DNA from: Bacteroidales bacterium
GTDB lineage: Bacteria > Bacteroidota > Bacteroidia > Bacteroidales > UBA10428
Assembly (NCBI GenBank): GCA_046481675.1
Contig: JAWOJJ010000011.1
Span: 1,586 to 65,585 of the forward strand
Direction of reading: 5' to 3'
DNA: 64,000 nucleotides
Shown here: piece by piece, positions 23,772 to 33,400 of the stretch
Numbering within the stretch: position 1 is the stretch's first letter
How the letters are laid out: every line of letters starts with the position of its first letter
Made by a program: the position numbers and the translations under genes
The notes under the pieces: model-generated
Databases searched by the model: none
The model's input: only the letters and a program-made list of their open reading frames with translations
Told to the model about the DNA's origin: nothing

Positions 23772-26561
23772 TCATTGATTCAACAGCTTATCTCCTTTTT
23801 CTTTTGCAATATTCATAATTGCATCGGCTTTTGCATCGGCTTCTTTGATTATATTCTGAGCTGAGGCTTCACCTTCCTGCCGTACCTTTTTAGCGGCTTC
23901 TTCGGCCAGTTTTTTTGAAATCGGATCTTTGGCCTTGGCAACCAGCTTATCGGCATTGGCATTGGCTTCTTTTCTCACTATGTCGGCTGCCTGAGCTGCT
24001 TTCTCCTTTACCATATCGGCCTCTTTTTGCGCTTCAGCCATAATTTTGTCAACCTCGGCCTGAGCTGCTGCCCTGGCTTCTTCCTTTTTAATATCTATTT
24101 GTTCCTGAACAGCCTGCTTGACCTCTTCTTTAATGGCTTCTTTGGCATTGGCACTGTTCTCCTTCAGGTCGAGCCCTATTTTTGGATCTTTAAATGTGCC
24201 ACCAACTTTCACCTTGATGTTCAGGTTTTCCAACGGATCTATTTTCAAACCGGCTCCGGTAGCTTTGCTCATCAGGTTGTCAATGGGCCCGTTTGCTGCA
24301 GCGCCTAACTCAGAGCGCGGTATGTTAATGCCAATGGTGTAATTCATCTTCTGGTCCAATCCCTGGTCACCGCCAATCAACAGGTTGGCATTTCCCATTT
24401 TTGTCTCGAAAGGATTCACAATGAGCTTGCCATCACGTATGTCGAAATCGATGCCCAGTTTCTTCAATGTCATGTTGTCAAACGATTTGGAATTTAAAGC
24501 GTTGCCAATTTTGCTAAAGGTGGCTGAACTTTTTATACCAACCTGTTCTGAAGACAGGTTGCCTTTTCCCACAATTGAATTCAAAAGGGGCATCATATTA
24601 TTATCCAGCAGACTGGTGTATTTCATACCCAGTGAGACTTTCCCAATTGCCTTGCTGGCAATGGGAACAAACTTCTCAAGGGTGCTTAATGAAGCTACTG
24701 CGGCCGGAATATCGATAGATATGGCATTAAAATCCAAATCAACCATTGGATTCCTGATGTCCCTGGTATTGTATTCACCCGACAACTTCATCGATCCTTC
24801 AAGCAAATTCATGCTTACACCATCCAGGATTACCCTGCTGTCTTTCACCAATATGGTTCCGATGGTGTTTTCAATGGCAAGCTTGTCGTAATACATCTTG
24901 TCAATCCGTGATACGAGCTTGAAGTCAATGTTGCCCGGTACTTCAACTACCGAAAGGGGAAGTGTGTCGGCTTCTTCTGTAGCAGTTTCTGTGCTTTCTG
25001 CCATAAACTCATTCAGATCAAGCACGCCTGACGTGAAAATGAAGTTGCCCCGGATGGTTTCGTCTTTAAATACGTAAGGAATGAAATTCTCCAACCGGCC
25101 CGAAAGGTGAAGATCACTTTTGCCCATAATGGCATCAAAACTTTTCACTTCAACATATTTTGGTGAAAATTCCAGGGCGGTTTGGGTGATGCTGACATCC
25201 TGGGGCAGGTCGGGGCTGCTGTAGGTAAAGTCTTTGATCTGAAGGGTTCCGTCGGCTTTGAACTTTTCATATTCTTCCTTCTCAATATAGGACATATAGC
25301 CCATGAAATCCAGTGCTGCTTCTATCTTACCTTTTAACACAGTGCTGTCAAGAGGAACCACATCGTTAACAGTTGCCAGGTCGAGATTCATGTTGATATT
25401 GCCGTTCAGATGCATATCGCTCATGGGTGTCTTGATGTTGAGGGTCATATCCACCGGATTTCCTCCCAGGTCAACATGGAATTTATTAATATCTACCGTG
25501 GTATTGTCATTCTGAACGCCATCGAAAAACAGGTTGACATCAATTCCAATATTTTCTGCTGATTTAGGCAATTCGGGGTATTTGAACATGCCGTTTTCAA
25601 CCAGTAAAGTCAGTGCCACGTTAGGCATCACTTTTTCGTTGTAAGTGCCGATAACGCTGCCGTCGAGTTTTAATTTTCCAGATGCTTTTACATCCTGAAA
25701 ATCCTTCATGTAAATAGCAGGTATCAAGGAGAGCAGCGATTTGAAATCGGCCTTGTCCAAACCATATTTCAAATTGATTACCATGTCCTCCTCATTGGGC
25801 ATGGCAATATCACCTGTAAAACGAAGGACCACATCGTTCAGTGCCACCGAATTATCTTTCAGCGTATATTTTGAGTTCTTTAGATCAGCATCCACACCTA
25901 CCTGTAATGTCAATGCTGCATCCTTCAAATACCGGATGCCTCCGTAAATGACATTTACAAGCCGGGTATTTGAACTGACAGAGAGCGTTGTAAAATCCTT
26001 CGACAGATCGCCTGTCAGCAGAAAATTGAAGTCGTCCAGGCTTGCGTTTATCTTGCTGCTGTCATCATCATACCGGATCTGCGCATGGTTGATCTCAAAG
26101 CGTTTCAGTTCAATATTCATATCCAGGTCACCCGAGGTGGTGTCTTCTGCTTCTGTTTCACCTGTATCTTTGGCTACATCCCAGTTTACACTTCCGTCTG
26201 GCAATACCCAGGCGTGTACCCTTGGGTAATCAACAACAATCTTCCTGATTTTGATATTTTCCATTTTGATGGCGCTTATAAGGTCTACCACCACATCCAC
26301 CGATTGAACGCTGAACAGGGTGTCGCCTTCGAAAGCATCTTTCCCTGCAATGTAAAAATTCTGAATGCCCACGGAAACATTGGGGAATGAACGGAACAGG
26401 GAAAGCGACAATTTTTCAAAATCAGCCTTGGCATTCAGGTTATTGTTAATCTGTTCCTTGGCTACCTTTATTATTTTTCCTTTAAACAAAAAGGGTGTTG
26501 CAACAATCAACAGCAGCAATACCAGTATTACAATACCGAAGATTTTGAGTGCTTTTTTCAT
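23772..26561 (-). CDS. AsmA-family outer-membrane biogenesis protein with a K/A/E-rich helical C-terminal tail
   Basis: N-terminal anchor MKKALKIFGIVILVLLLLIVATPFLFKGKIIKVAKEQINNNLNAKADFEKLSLSLFRSFPNVSV, typical of AsmA. A long beta-rich body follows. The last ~132 aa are low-complexity (KEEARAAAQAEVDKIMAEAQKEADMVKEKAAQAAD...). Confidence 0.8.
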   Translation of the reverse strand: MKKALKIFGIVILVLLLLIVATPFLFKGKIIKVAKEQINNNLNAKADFEKLSLSLFRSFPNVSVGIQNFYIAGKDAFEGDTLFSVQSVDVVVDLISAIKMENIKIRKIVVDYPRVHAWVLPDGSVNWDVAKDTGETEAEDTTSGDLDMNIELKRFEINHAQIRYDDDSSKINASLDDFNFLLTGDLSKDFTTLSVSSNTRLVNVIYGGIRYLKDAALTLQVGVDADLKNSKYTLKDNSVALNDVVLRFTGDIAMPNEEDMVINLKYGLDKADFKSLLSLIPAIYMKDFQDVKASGKLKLDGSVIGTYNEKVMPNVALTLLVENGMFKYPELPKSAENIGIDVNLFFDGVQNDNTTVDINKFHVDLGGNPVDMTLNIKTPMSDMHLNGNINMNLDLATVNDVVPLDSTVLKGKIEAALDFMGYMSYIEKEEYEKFKADGTLQIKDFTYSSPDLPQDVSITQTALEFSPKYVEVKSFDAIMGKSDLHLSGRLENFIPYVFKDETIRGNFIFTSGVLDLNEFMAESTETATEEADTLPLSVVEVPGNIDFKLVSRIDKMYYDKLAIENTIGTILVKDSRVILDGVSMNLLEGSMKLSGEYNTRDIRNPMVDLDFNAISIDIPAAVASLSTLEKFVPIASKAIGKVSLGMKYTSLLDNNMMPLLNSIVGKGNLSSEQVGIKSSATFSKIGNALNSKSFDNMTLKKLGIDFDIRDGKLIVNPFETKMGNANLLIGGDQGLDQKMNYTIGINIPRSELGAAANGPIDNLMSKATGAGLKIDPLENLNIKVKVGGTFKDPKIGLDLKENSANAKEAIKEEVKQAVQEQIDIKKEEARAAAQAEVDKIMAEAQKEADMVKEKAAQAADIVRKEANANADKLVAKAKDPISKKLAEEAAKKVRQEGEASAQNIIKEADAKADAIMNIAKEKGDKLLNQ

Positions 26562-26808
26562 AACCTGAATATTTAATTTATTAAGTGAAATTACGACAAT
26601 AATCAGAAACTTTCAACCTGTTCCAAACAGGCAAGGCAATACAAATAACGCAATTCGTGCAGGAAAGTTATCCTGCCTGGCGTAAAATTCAATGACTGCT
26701 GATTATCCAACGCATTTTAAAATATTCACACAAGGTTACATTGCAGGGAAAGCATAATGAATTAGTTTTACATATTGACAATCGTGTTTACTTTTTTGAA
26801 TTCCGGAG

Positions 26809-29457
26809 ATGAGAAATTTCAACCTGATTACACTTATTCCAGTTCTGTTTATGGTGACGGCAATGATGTCGTGTTCCAAATCAACCGATGCGATGAATGA
26901 AAAAATACTGCTGAAGGATAACTGGCGGGTACAGCGATCCAAAGAGCTGATCAATCTTCCCGGTTCTTTTATCTCAGGAACAGTCATTGATACCTCATTA
27001 TGGTTTCCTGCACAGGTACCTTCCACCATAATGGGTGTGCTTACGGGTAACGGATTGTTTAAAGACCTTTTCTATGATGACAGTTTAAAACGTGTAAACA
27101 AAGAACCATTTGAGGACTCATGGTGGTATCGTACTGAATTCAGGCTTCCCCGGATAAAGGAGGAACAACAGGTGATGCTCAATTTTGATGGCATCAGCTA
27201 CTATGCAAACATTTGGCTGAACGGTGTTCTGATCGCATCACGGGATAGTGTTTACGGAACTTTCAGAAGATTTGAGTTCAATATAACCGGGCTGATTCAG
27301 GACACTACGAATATACTGGCTGTGGAAGTATTCAAACAACAACCCGGAGATTTCGGACATGGGTTTGTCGACTGGAATCCCCCGCCTCCCGATGATAATA
27401 TGGGCATCTGGCGCGAGGTTTACCTGAAAATAACCGGAGATGTTGCCTTGAAAAACACCGTTGTTCAGACGGATGTAAATACCGAAACGCTGGATGAAGC
27501 GAGCCTTACCATTAAAACAGAGGTGATCAATTATTCACAGCGCGCAGTCAGTGGCAAACTAATCGGCAAAAGCGAGGATTTTGAGTTCAGCATTCCGGTT
27601 CATCTGAAAGCCGGCGAACGCAAACAGGTTACCCTGAATTCCGATGAAATCAGTGATTTGCACATTCAGCATCCAAGGCTTTGGTGGTGCAACAACATGG
27701 GAACACCTAATCTTTACAATCTTTCGCTTAAATATGAGACCAACAATTCAGTCAGCGATGAACAGAACATTACTTATGGCATCAGGGAGGTTGAAACTTA
27801 CTTGAACAATGAAGGCCACAGGGGATTCAAGCTTAACGGGAAAGAGTTGTTGATCCAGGGTGCAGGATGGACTGATGATATTTTTCTGAGAGACACAGAG
27901 GAGCGCAATGAAATACAGGTCAGGTATGTTCGCCATATGAACCTGAATACCATAAGGTTTGAAAATATTTGGGGAACAAGCCAGCATATTTATGATTTGT
28001 GCGACAGGTATGGAATTCTGGCCATGGTTGGATGGAGTTGTCAATGGGAATGGGAAAATTACCTGGGTAAGCCGTGTGATGATTTTGGGGGAATCAAGAC
28101 AATAAAGGACATGGACCTCATGGTTGAATCACTGGAACACCAGATCCGCTACCTGCAGAATCATCCTGCTATATTTGTGTGGATGCTGGGCAGCGATAAA
28201 CTGCCCAGACCGGCTCTGGAAAAAAGGTATTTGGACCTGATCCGGGCAATTGATGACAGACCCGGTGTTTCCGCAGCCAGTAAGCGCAGCAGCAAAATCA
28301 GCGGGCCTACCGGTGTAAAAATGAACGGGCCCTACAATTATGTCGGACCTTCATACTGGTATATCGATTCTGTTAACGGCGGCGCTTTCGGGTTCAATAC
28401 AGAAACAGGCCCCGGCCCCCAGTTGCCGGTTTTGGAGTCGATCAAAAAAATGCTTCCCGAAGAGAAGCTTTGGCCGGTAAATGAAAGCTGGAATTACCAC
28501 TGCAATCCTTCTGAAAGCTTCCAGGATCTGAAAATTTTCAGCGAGGTGATGGATAATCGATACGGGCAAGCCAATAACCTGGAAAGTTACCTGATGAAAG
28601 CCAATGTACAAAGTTATGAAACCATAAGGGGTATGTTTGAAGCCTTCAGAACAAACCGGCCGAATACCACCGGAATTATCCAGTGGATGCTGAATTCGGC
28701 ATGGCCTTCGTTTTACTGGCAGTTGTATGACTATTACCTGTTGCCCACTCCGGCATATTATGCTGTTAAAAAAGCCAATGAACCGTTACAGCTCATTTAT
28801 AACTATGGCAACCACACAGTTTATGCGGTTAACAGTACGCTCAAGCGGTATGCCAATGCACGGGCGGGGTACAGGATGTTTGATCTGCAGGGCAAGGAAC
28901 TGTTTTCTGATGAACAGGTAGTTAAACTTGAGGAAAATCAATCGTCAAAACTTTTCAAACTTCCCGCAAATTACAGCACGGTATTTCTGAAGCTTTCCCT
29001 GCTGGATGAAAACAACAGTGAAATAGCTGAAAACTTTTACTGGTTAGCGGGCAAACCTGATGTGTATGACTGGGAAAAGACGAATTGGTTTTATACACCG
29101 GTTAAGTACAGTGCCGACCTGAAATCGCTCAACTACCTGCCTGCAGCTGAAGTGGAAGTTAATGCCGGATTTGAAAAAAGTGACGAGCTTGAAAGCCTGA
29201 TTAAAGTAACCCTCACCAACAAATCAAACAGGGTTGCATTTTTCACCTGTCTGACCGTAAGGAACAGCAACAACGAAACCATCCGGCCTGTATTTTGGAA
29301 TGACAATTATGTCAGCCTTTTACCAGGTGAGTCAGAAGTGCTGCAATGCCTGATCCCGGGAAGCCAGTTGCCCGAAAATACGGAGTTGCTGGTTTCGGGC
29401 TGGAACGTGAAAGAACAGACGGTGAAGCTGACCGTTAAAACTGAGGGCAGGGAATAG
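26809..29457 (+). CDS. Glycoside hydrolase family 2 (beta-mannosidase / exo-beta-D-glucosaminidase-like), probable lipoprotein
   Basis: Lipobox MMSC. GH2 sugar-binding N-domain (LKDNWRVQRS...WWYRTEFRLP...MLNFDGISYYANIWLNGVLI), then a TIM-barrel segment (NLNTIRFENIWG...FVWMLGSD). The size, 882 aa, fits. Confidence 0.7.
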   Translation: MRNFNLITLIPVLFMVTAMMSCSKSTDAMNEKILLKDNWRVQRSKELINLPGSFISGTVIDTSLWFPAQVPSTIMGVLTGNGLFKDLFYDDSLKRVNKEPFEDSWWYRTEFRLPRIKEEQQVMLNFDGISYYANIWLNGVLIASRDSVYGTFRRFEFNITGLIQDTTNILAVEVFKQQPGDFGHGFVDWNPPPPDDNMGIWREVYLKITGDVALKNTVVQTDVNTETLDEASLTIKTEVINYSQRAVSGKLIGKSEDFEFSIPVHLKAGERKQVTLNSDEISDLHIQHPRLWWCNNMGTPNLYNLSLKYETNNSVSDEQNITYGIREVETYLNNEGHRGFKLNGKELLIQGAGWTDDIFLRDTEERNEIQVRYVRHMNLNTIRFENIWGTSQHIYDLCDRYGILAMVGWSCQWEWENYLGKPCDDFGGIKTIKDMDLMVESLEHQIRYLQNHPAIFVWMLGSDKLPRPALEKRYLDLIRAIDDRPGVSAASKRSSKISGPTGVKMNGPYNYVGPSYWYIDSVNGGAFGFNTETGPGPQLPVLESIKKMLPEEKLWPVNESWNYHCNPSESFQDLKIFSEVMDNRYGQANNLESYLMKANVQSYETIRGMFEAFRTNRPNTTGIIQWMLNSAWPSFYWQLYDYYLLPTPAYYAVKKANEPLQLIYNYGNHTVYAVNSTLKRYANARAGYRMFDLQGKELFSDEQVVKLEENQSSKLFKLPANYSTVFLKLSLLDENNSEIAENFYWLAGKPDVYDWEKTNWFYTPVKYSADLKSLNYLPAAEVEVNAGFEKSDELESLIKVTLTNKSNRVAFFTCLTVRNSNNETIRPVFWNDNYVSLLPGESEVLQCLIPGSQLPENTELLVSGWNVKEQTVKLTVKTEGRE

Positions 29458-30448
29458 CCCTTATTTTTTTCCGTTTCGATTGCTGGTTTTCAAATTTGTA
29501 ATTAACCGAAATTTCGTGAGATCCCCCTGTAGTATTAATTAAACGCGACATGGTAAGATCGTAGCTGTATGCGAATGACAGGGAACCAGTTTGGTAACCT
29601 GCCAGCAAGGTAAGGGCATCTTTTGTTTCAGTATTGGATATCAAAGGTATTCCCCTGTACCAGATACCAATGATGAATGGTGCATTGGTGTGGTATAAAC
29701 CCAGGTCAAGCTGATGAATTCTCTCCTGTGTTTTGTAATGAAATGCCAGGGTAATGTTTTTTTCGGTTTTGGTAATGTGTGCACGGCTCAGCATGTCAAA
29801 CATGATACCGCCGTAGGCCGAAAACATAAAGGGGGCATATTCCTGTTGCGCCGGTATGTTCTGGTTTAGTTTCATCAGATGATTTCCGGTGATGCCAAGC
29901 CAGATATTGTCAGTGAAAACAAGGCCTGAAACAGCAAAGTCAAAATGGTGATATTTTTCGTTATCAATGGTTTCAATTGACCCGCCGGGTAAAACTCTCC
30001 CGTTAACAATCTGGTCAGAAAAAATAAGCGCATTGCTGTTGATTCTTTTTGAAAAAAATTGTGCCTGTATGCCGGGAACCAAATGCCATTTCTGATTTAT
30101 ACTGATCCGGTATGAATACTGCGTTGACAGGTACAACGAATTCATCAAACCTGCAGCATCGTCATACATTATGGAAAGCCCTGCTCCAAGTTTATACTTC
30201 TCGATATACTTATCTGCAAAAAAGGAAGTAGTTAAAAAGGATTGAGGTAATTGAAGCCATTGCGAGCGGAAATTCATCCCCAGTCGCGGAACTCCGGCAG
30301 AGCCTGCAAATGAAGGGCCCAGATAAAGGGGGGCAGAATAAAACTGCGACAATTGAGGATCCTGTGCGGAAACAACCGTCATACTGTATTGGGTGCCTGT
30401 AAGAACCAATAATATCAGTAAAAATCTCAATGGTTTATTTCCTTTCAT
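29435..30448 (-). CDS. PorP/SprF-family type IX secretion system membrane protein
   Basis: Signal peptide, then QDPQLSQFYSAPLYLGPSFAG, and a C-terminal GGSHEISVNYKF...IPCPQF ending typical of PorP/SprF beta-barrels. It lies 18 nt downstream of the giant type-B CTD gene. Confidence 0.85.
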   Translation of the reverse strand: MKGNKPLRFLLILLVLTGTQYSMTVVSAQDPQLSQFYSAPLYLGPSFAGSAGVPRLGMNFRSQWLQLPQSFLTTSFFADKYIEKYKLGAGLSIMYDDAAGLMNSLYLSTQYSYRISINQKWHLVPGIQAQFFSKRINSNALIFSDQIVNGRVLPGGSIETIDNEKYHHFDFAVSGLVFTDNIWLGITGNHLMKLNQNIPAQQEYAPFMFSAYGGIMFDMLSRAHITKTEKNITLAFHYKTQERIHQLDLGLYHTNAPFIIGIWYRGIPLISNTETKDALTLLAGYQTGSLSFAYSYDLTMSRLINTTGGSHEISVNYKFENQQSKRKKIRAIPCPQF

Positions 30449-30466
30449 AATCTGGCTTCTTAAGCA

Positions 30467-33400
30467 TTATCTGACAAGCAAAACCGAGCCGGTAAGGATG
30501 AAATCAGAACCGCTCACATATTTGCCTGTGACTTTCCATACGTATACATCCTGAGCAAGCAATTGTCCTTTATAATATCCATCCCATCCTGTTTTGACGT
30601 CATCACTTTCGAAAAGCAGTACGCCCCATCTGCTGTATATCTCAAGGTGATATTCAGCAATGTTTTCGTGATAAGGGAAGAATACATTGTTGGAACGGTC
30701 ATTTTCGTTGTATATACCGCCGCTTGGTCCCGACGGGTCGGGGGTGAATGCATTCGGGAAAACCAACAAGCCGTCTTCGGCTACAAAAATATCATGTGAA
30801 ATGGTGTCTTTGCAGCCAAATTCAGATGCAACAACAAGGGTTATTCTATAATTTCCGCTGGTGCTGTAATAATGCAACGGATTTGATTCAGATGTATACT
30901 GGTTATCTCCAAAGTCCCAATGATATGTCGAGACATTATAGGAGTCATCATCATAACATCTTACCGGTTTATTCACAAAAGCTGTGTCAGGTCTGAAGTA
31001 GAATCGGGCAACAGGATTGCTGTGGATGGTGATCAGGGTATCAACAGTCACATTTTTGTTATCAGGTCCGTAAGCAATCATGTTTACTTTGTATTGACCG
31101 GCATAATTGTATGTATGTGTCGGGTTTACTTCTGTGGTGAAAGTGCCATCGCCCATATCCCACCTATATGTTGTTCCATATTGTGTTGTATTATAGAATT
31201 CAACTGTTGTCCCCGGGCAGCCTTCGGTAATGTCTGTAATAAATCCGGCCCTGGGCATCACCTTGTAGTTAATGACAACCTGGTCACGTGCTACACAGCT
31301 GCCATTGGTGATTGTCCATTCAAAAGTATTCAATCCTGCCCCCAATGAAGCAACCCGTGTTGTAAAGCCGGATGGTGTTTCTATAGACCCAGCTCCTGCA
31401 ACCAGAATCCATTCTCCGGTTCCGCTTGCCGGGTTGTTACCTGACAGCATCACCTGGGGTTCATAAGTATCTTTGTCCTCACCCGCATATACATAAGCCA
31501 GGTTATTGATAACCGTGATTTCATCTATTGTAAGGCATTGCCCGTTTTGTGTTGTCCAGCGCAAGGTATTCTCTCCGAAATTCAACCCATTGACAGTGGT
31601 ATTAAAGCTCAGGGAATCACTAAAGTCGCCTTTGCCACTCATTACCTGCCAGAATCCATAACCAACCACTGGTGAATTTGCATACAGAACGGCTGTTTCA
31701 CCGCATACCTCCGCATCTTCACCGGCTTCGGCTATTGATGGTGAATTGTTGGTGATCATCAACTCATCAGAAGAGCTGCAATTCTTGTTGGTTATGGTCC
31801 ATACCACGATATTTTCGCCCAGTGCAAGCTCACTGATTGTTGTTCGTGGCAATGTCCGATTGGCAATGCTACCTGAACCGCTCATCAGTGACCATTCACC
31901 AATTCCATGCATTGGCGTATTGGCACTTAATGTTCCCATGCTGTTACAAACCGCAAAATCGGAACCTGCAACTGCCACGGAAGGAAGATTATTGGAAATC
32001 TGAACGGTATCTGTAACAGAACAACCCGTTGTGGCAACAGTCCATTTCAGTTTATTAATGCCGTTACGGAGCAGGCTGACCGAAGTATTGTATTGGAACG
32101 GATCGTCAAACACTGCTGAACCCTGTAAAACTGTCCAGTAACCATTGCCCAGACTTGGCGGATTGGCGTAAAGTACCGTGTTGTCGGCACATAGTTCCTG
32201 GTCAAGGCCTGCATATACATCCACCGGGAGGTTGTTGTAAATTACCACTTCATCGGTAGTGATACAGCCTTCATTTTCACTGGTCCACCTCAGGATATTA
32301 GCACCGGAGCCCAGAGATGAAACTACAGCCAACGGATTATTCTGATTTGAAAAAGAGCCCGAACCGCTTATAACCGACCAGGTGCCGGTTCCCTGCGAAA
32401 TGGTATTGGCCCTGAGTTGTTGCTCATCCTGGCAGAGGTACATGTCTTCACCTGCAAAAGCCCGGGTAGGCAAATTATTGGTTAATGTAACTTCATCATA
32501 TGATATGCAGCTGTTTTTAGCGATGGTCCACCTGAGCACGTTGGCCCCCGGGGCGAGGTTTTCAACCACCGAATTGGGGGTATGCGGATTCAGTATATCA
32601 GCTCCGTTGGCTGTGCCAACTATGGTCCAGAAGCCCCCACTGTAACCGGGATCGTTAGCCTGAAGCGTCGTCCGGTCGGCACACATCACCTGGTCAGCTC
32701 CGGCATCTGCCTGAACGAAATCGTTGCTGATTATTACATCGTCATATGAAATACATTCCATATAAGTTGTGGTCCACCTGAAAACATTTTCTCCCGGTGC
32801 AAGTTCCCTGGCGTAGGTTGAAGAACTGCTCATGTCATCCAGTATAGCCGATCCGCTTTGTAATGTCCAGGAACCGTTACCGGTACCAGGCTGGTTGGCG
32901 ATCAACAGCACGGAATCCTGGCAAACCGACTGGTCAGCTCCCGAGCGGGCTGTAGTTGGCTTGTGAGATGTTATGATAACTGTATCCCGCGAATAGCAGC
33001 CGGCATTCCGGATGCTGTATACAAGGTAATTCTCATCCCTTCCCAAATCATAGACAAGATTGCCTGCAAATTTAGCAGCACCTGAATATACGCTCCATTC
33101 ACCTGTTCCAAAAGTTGGCGTGTTAGGATGCAGAACCAGAGAATCTTCACAGATAACAGCGTCAAAGCCTGCTTCGGCATCTGTTGGTGTATTGTTGGTA
33201 ATTGTAACAACCGACGAAGATGTGCAGGTCCCGTTTGTAATGGTCCATTTGAGATTGTTATTTCCCCTGGCGAGGTTTTTGACATTGGTTATGTTATTGT
33301 TAGCATTATCAAAGGTACCGGCCCCGCTTATTACACTCCACTGACCGCTACCGATATAGGGCAGGTTGGCGTTCAGATTCACGGAATCTGCACAGACACT

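Noticed and set aside
9750-29457. The possibility that the GH26 mannanase and the GH2 enzyme belong to a polysaccharide utilisation locus
   Set aside because: The window contains no SusC/SusD pair and no adjacent HTCS/ECF regulator. The two hydrolase genes are 16 kb apart and separated by unrelated housekeeping genes.
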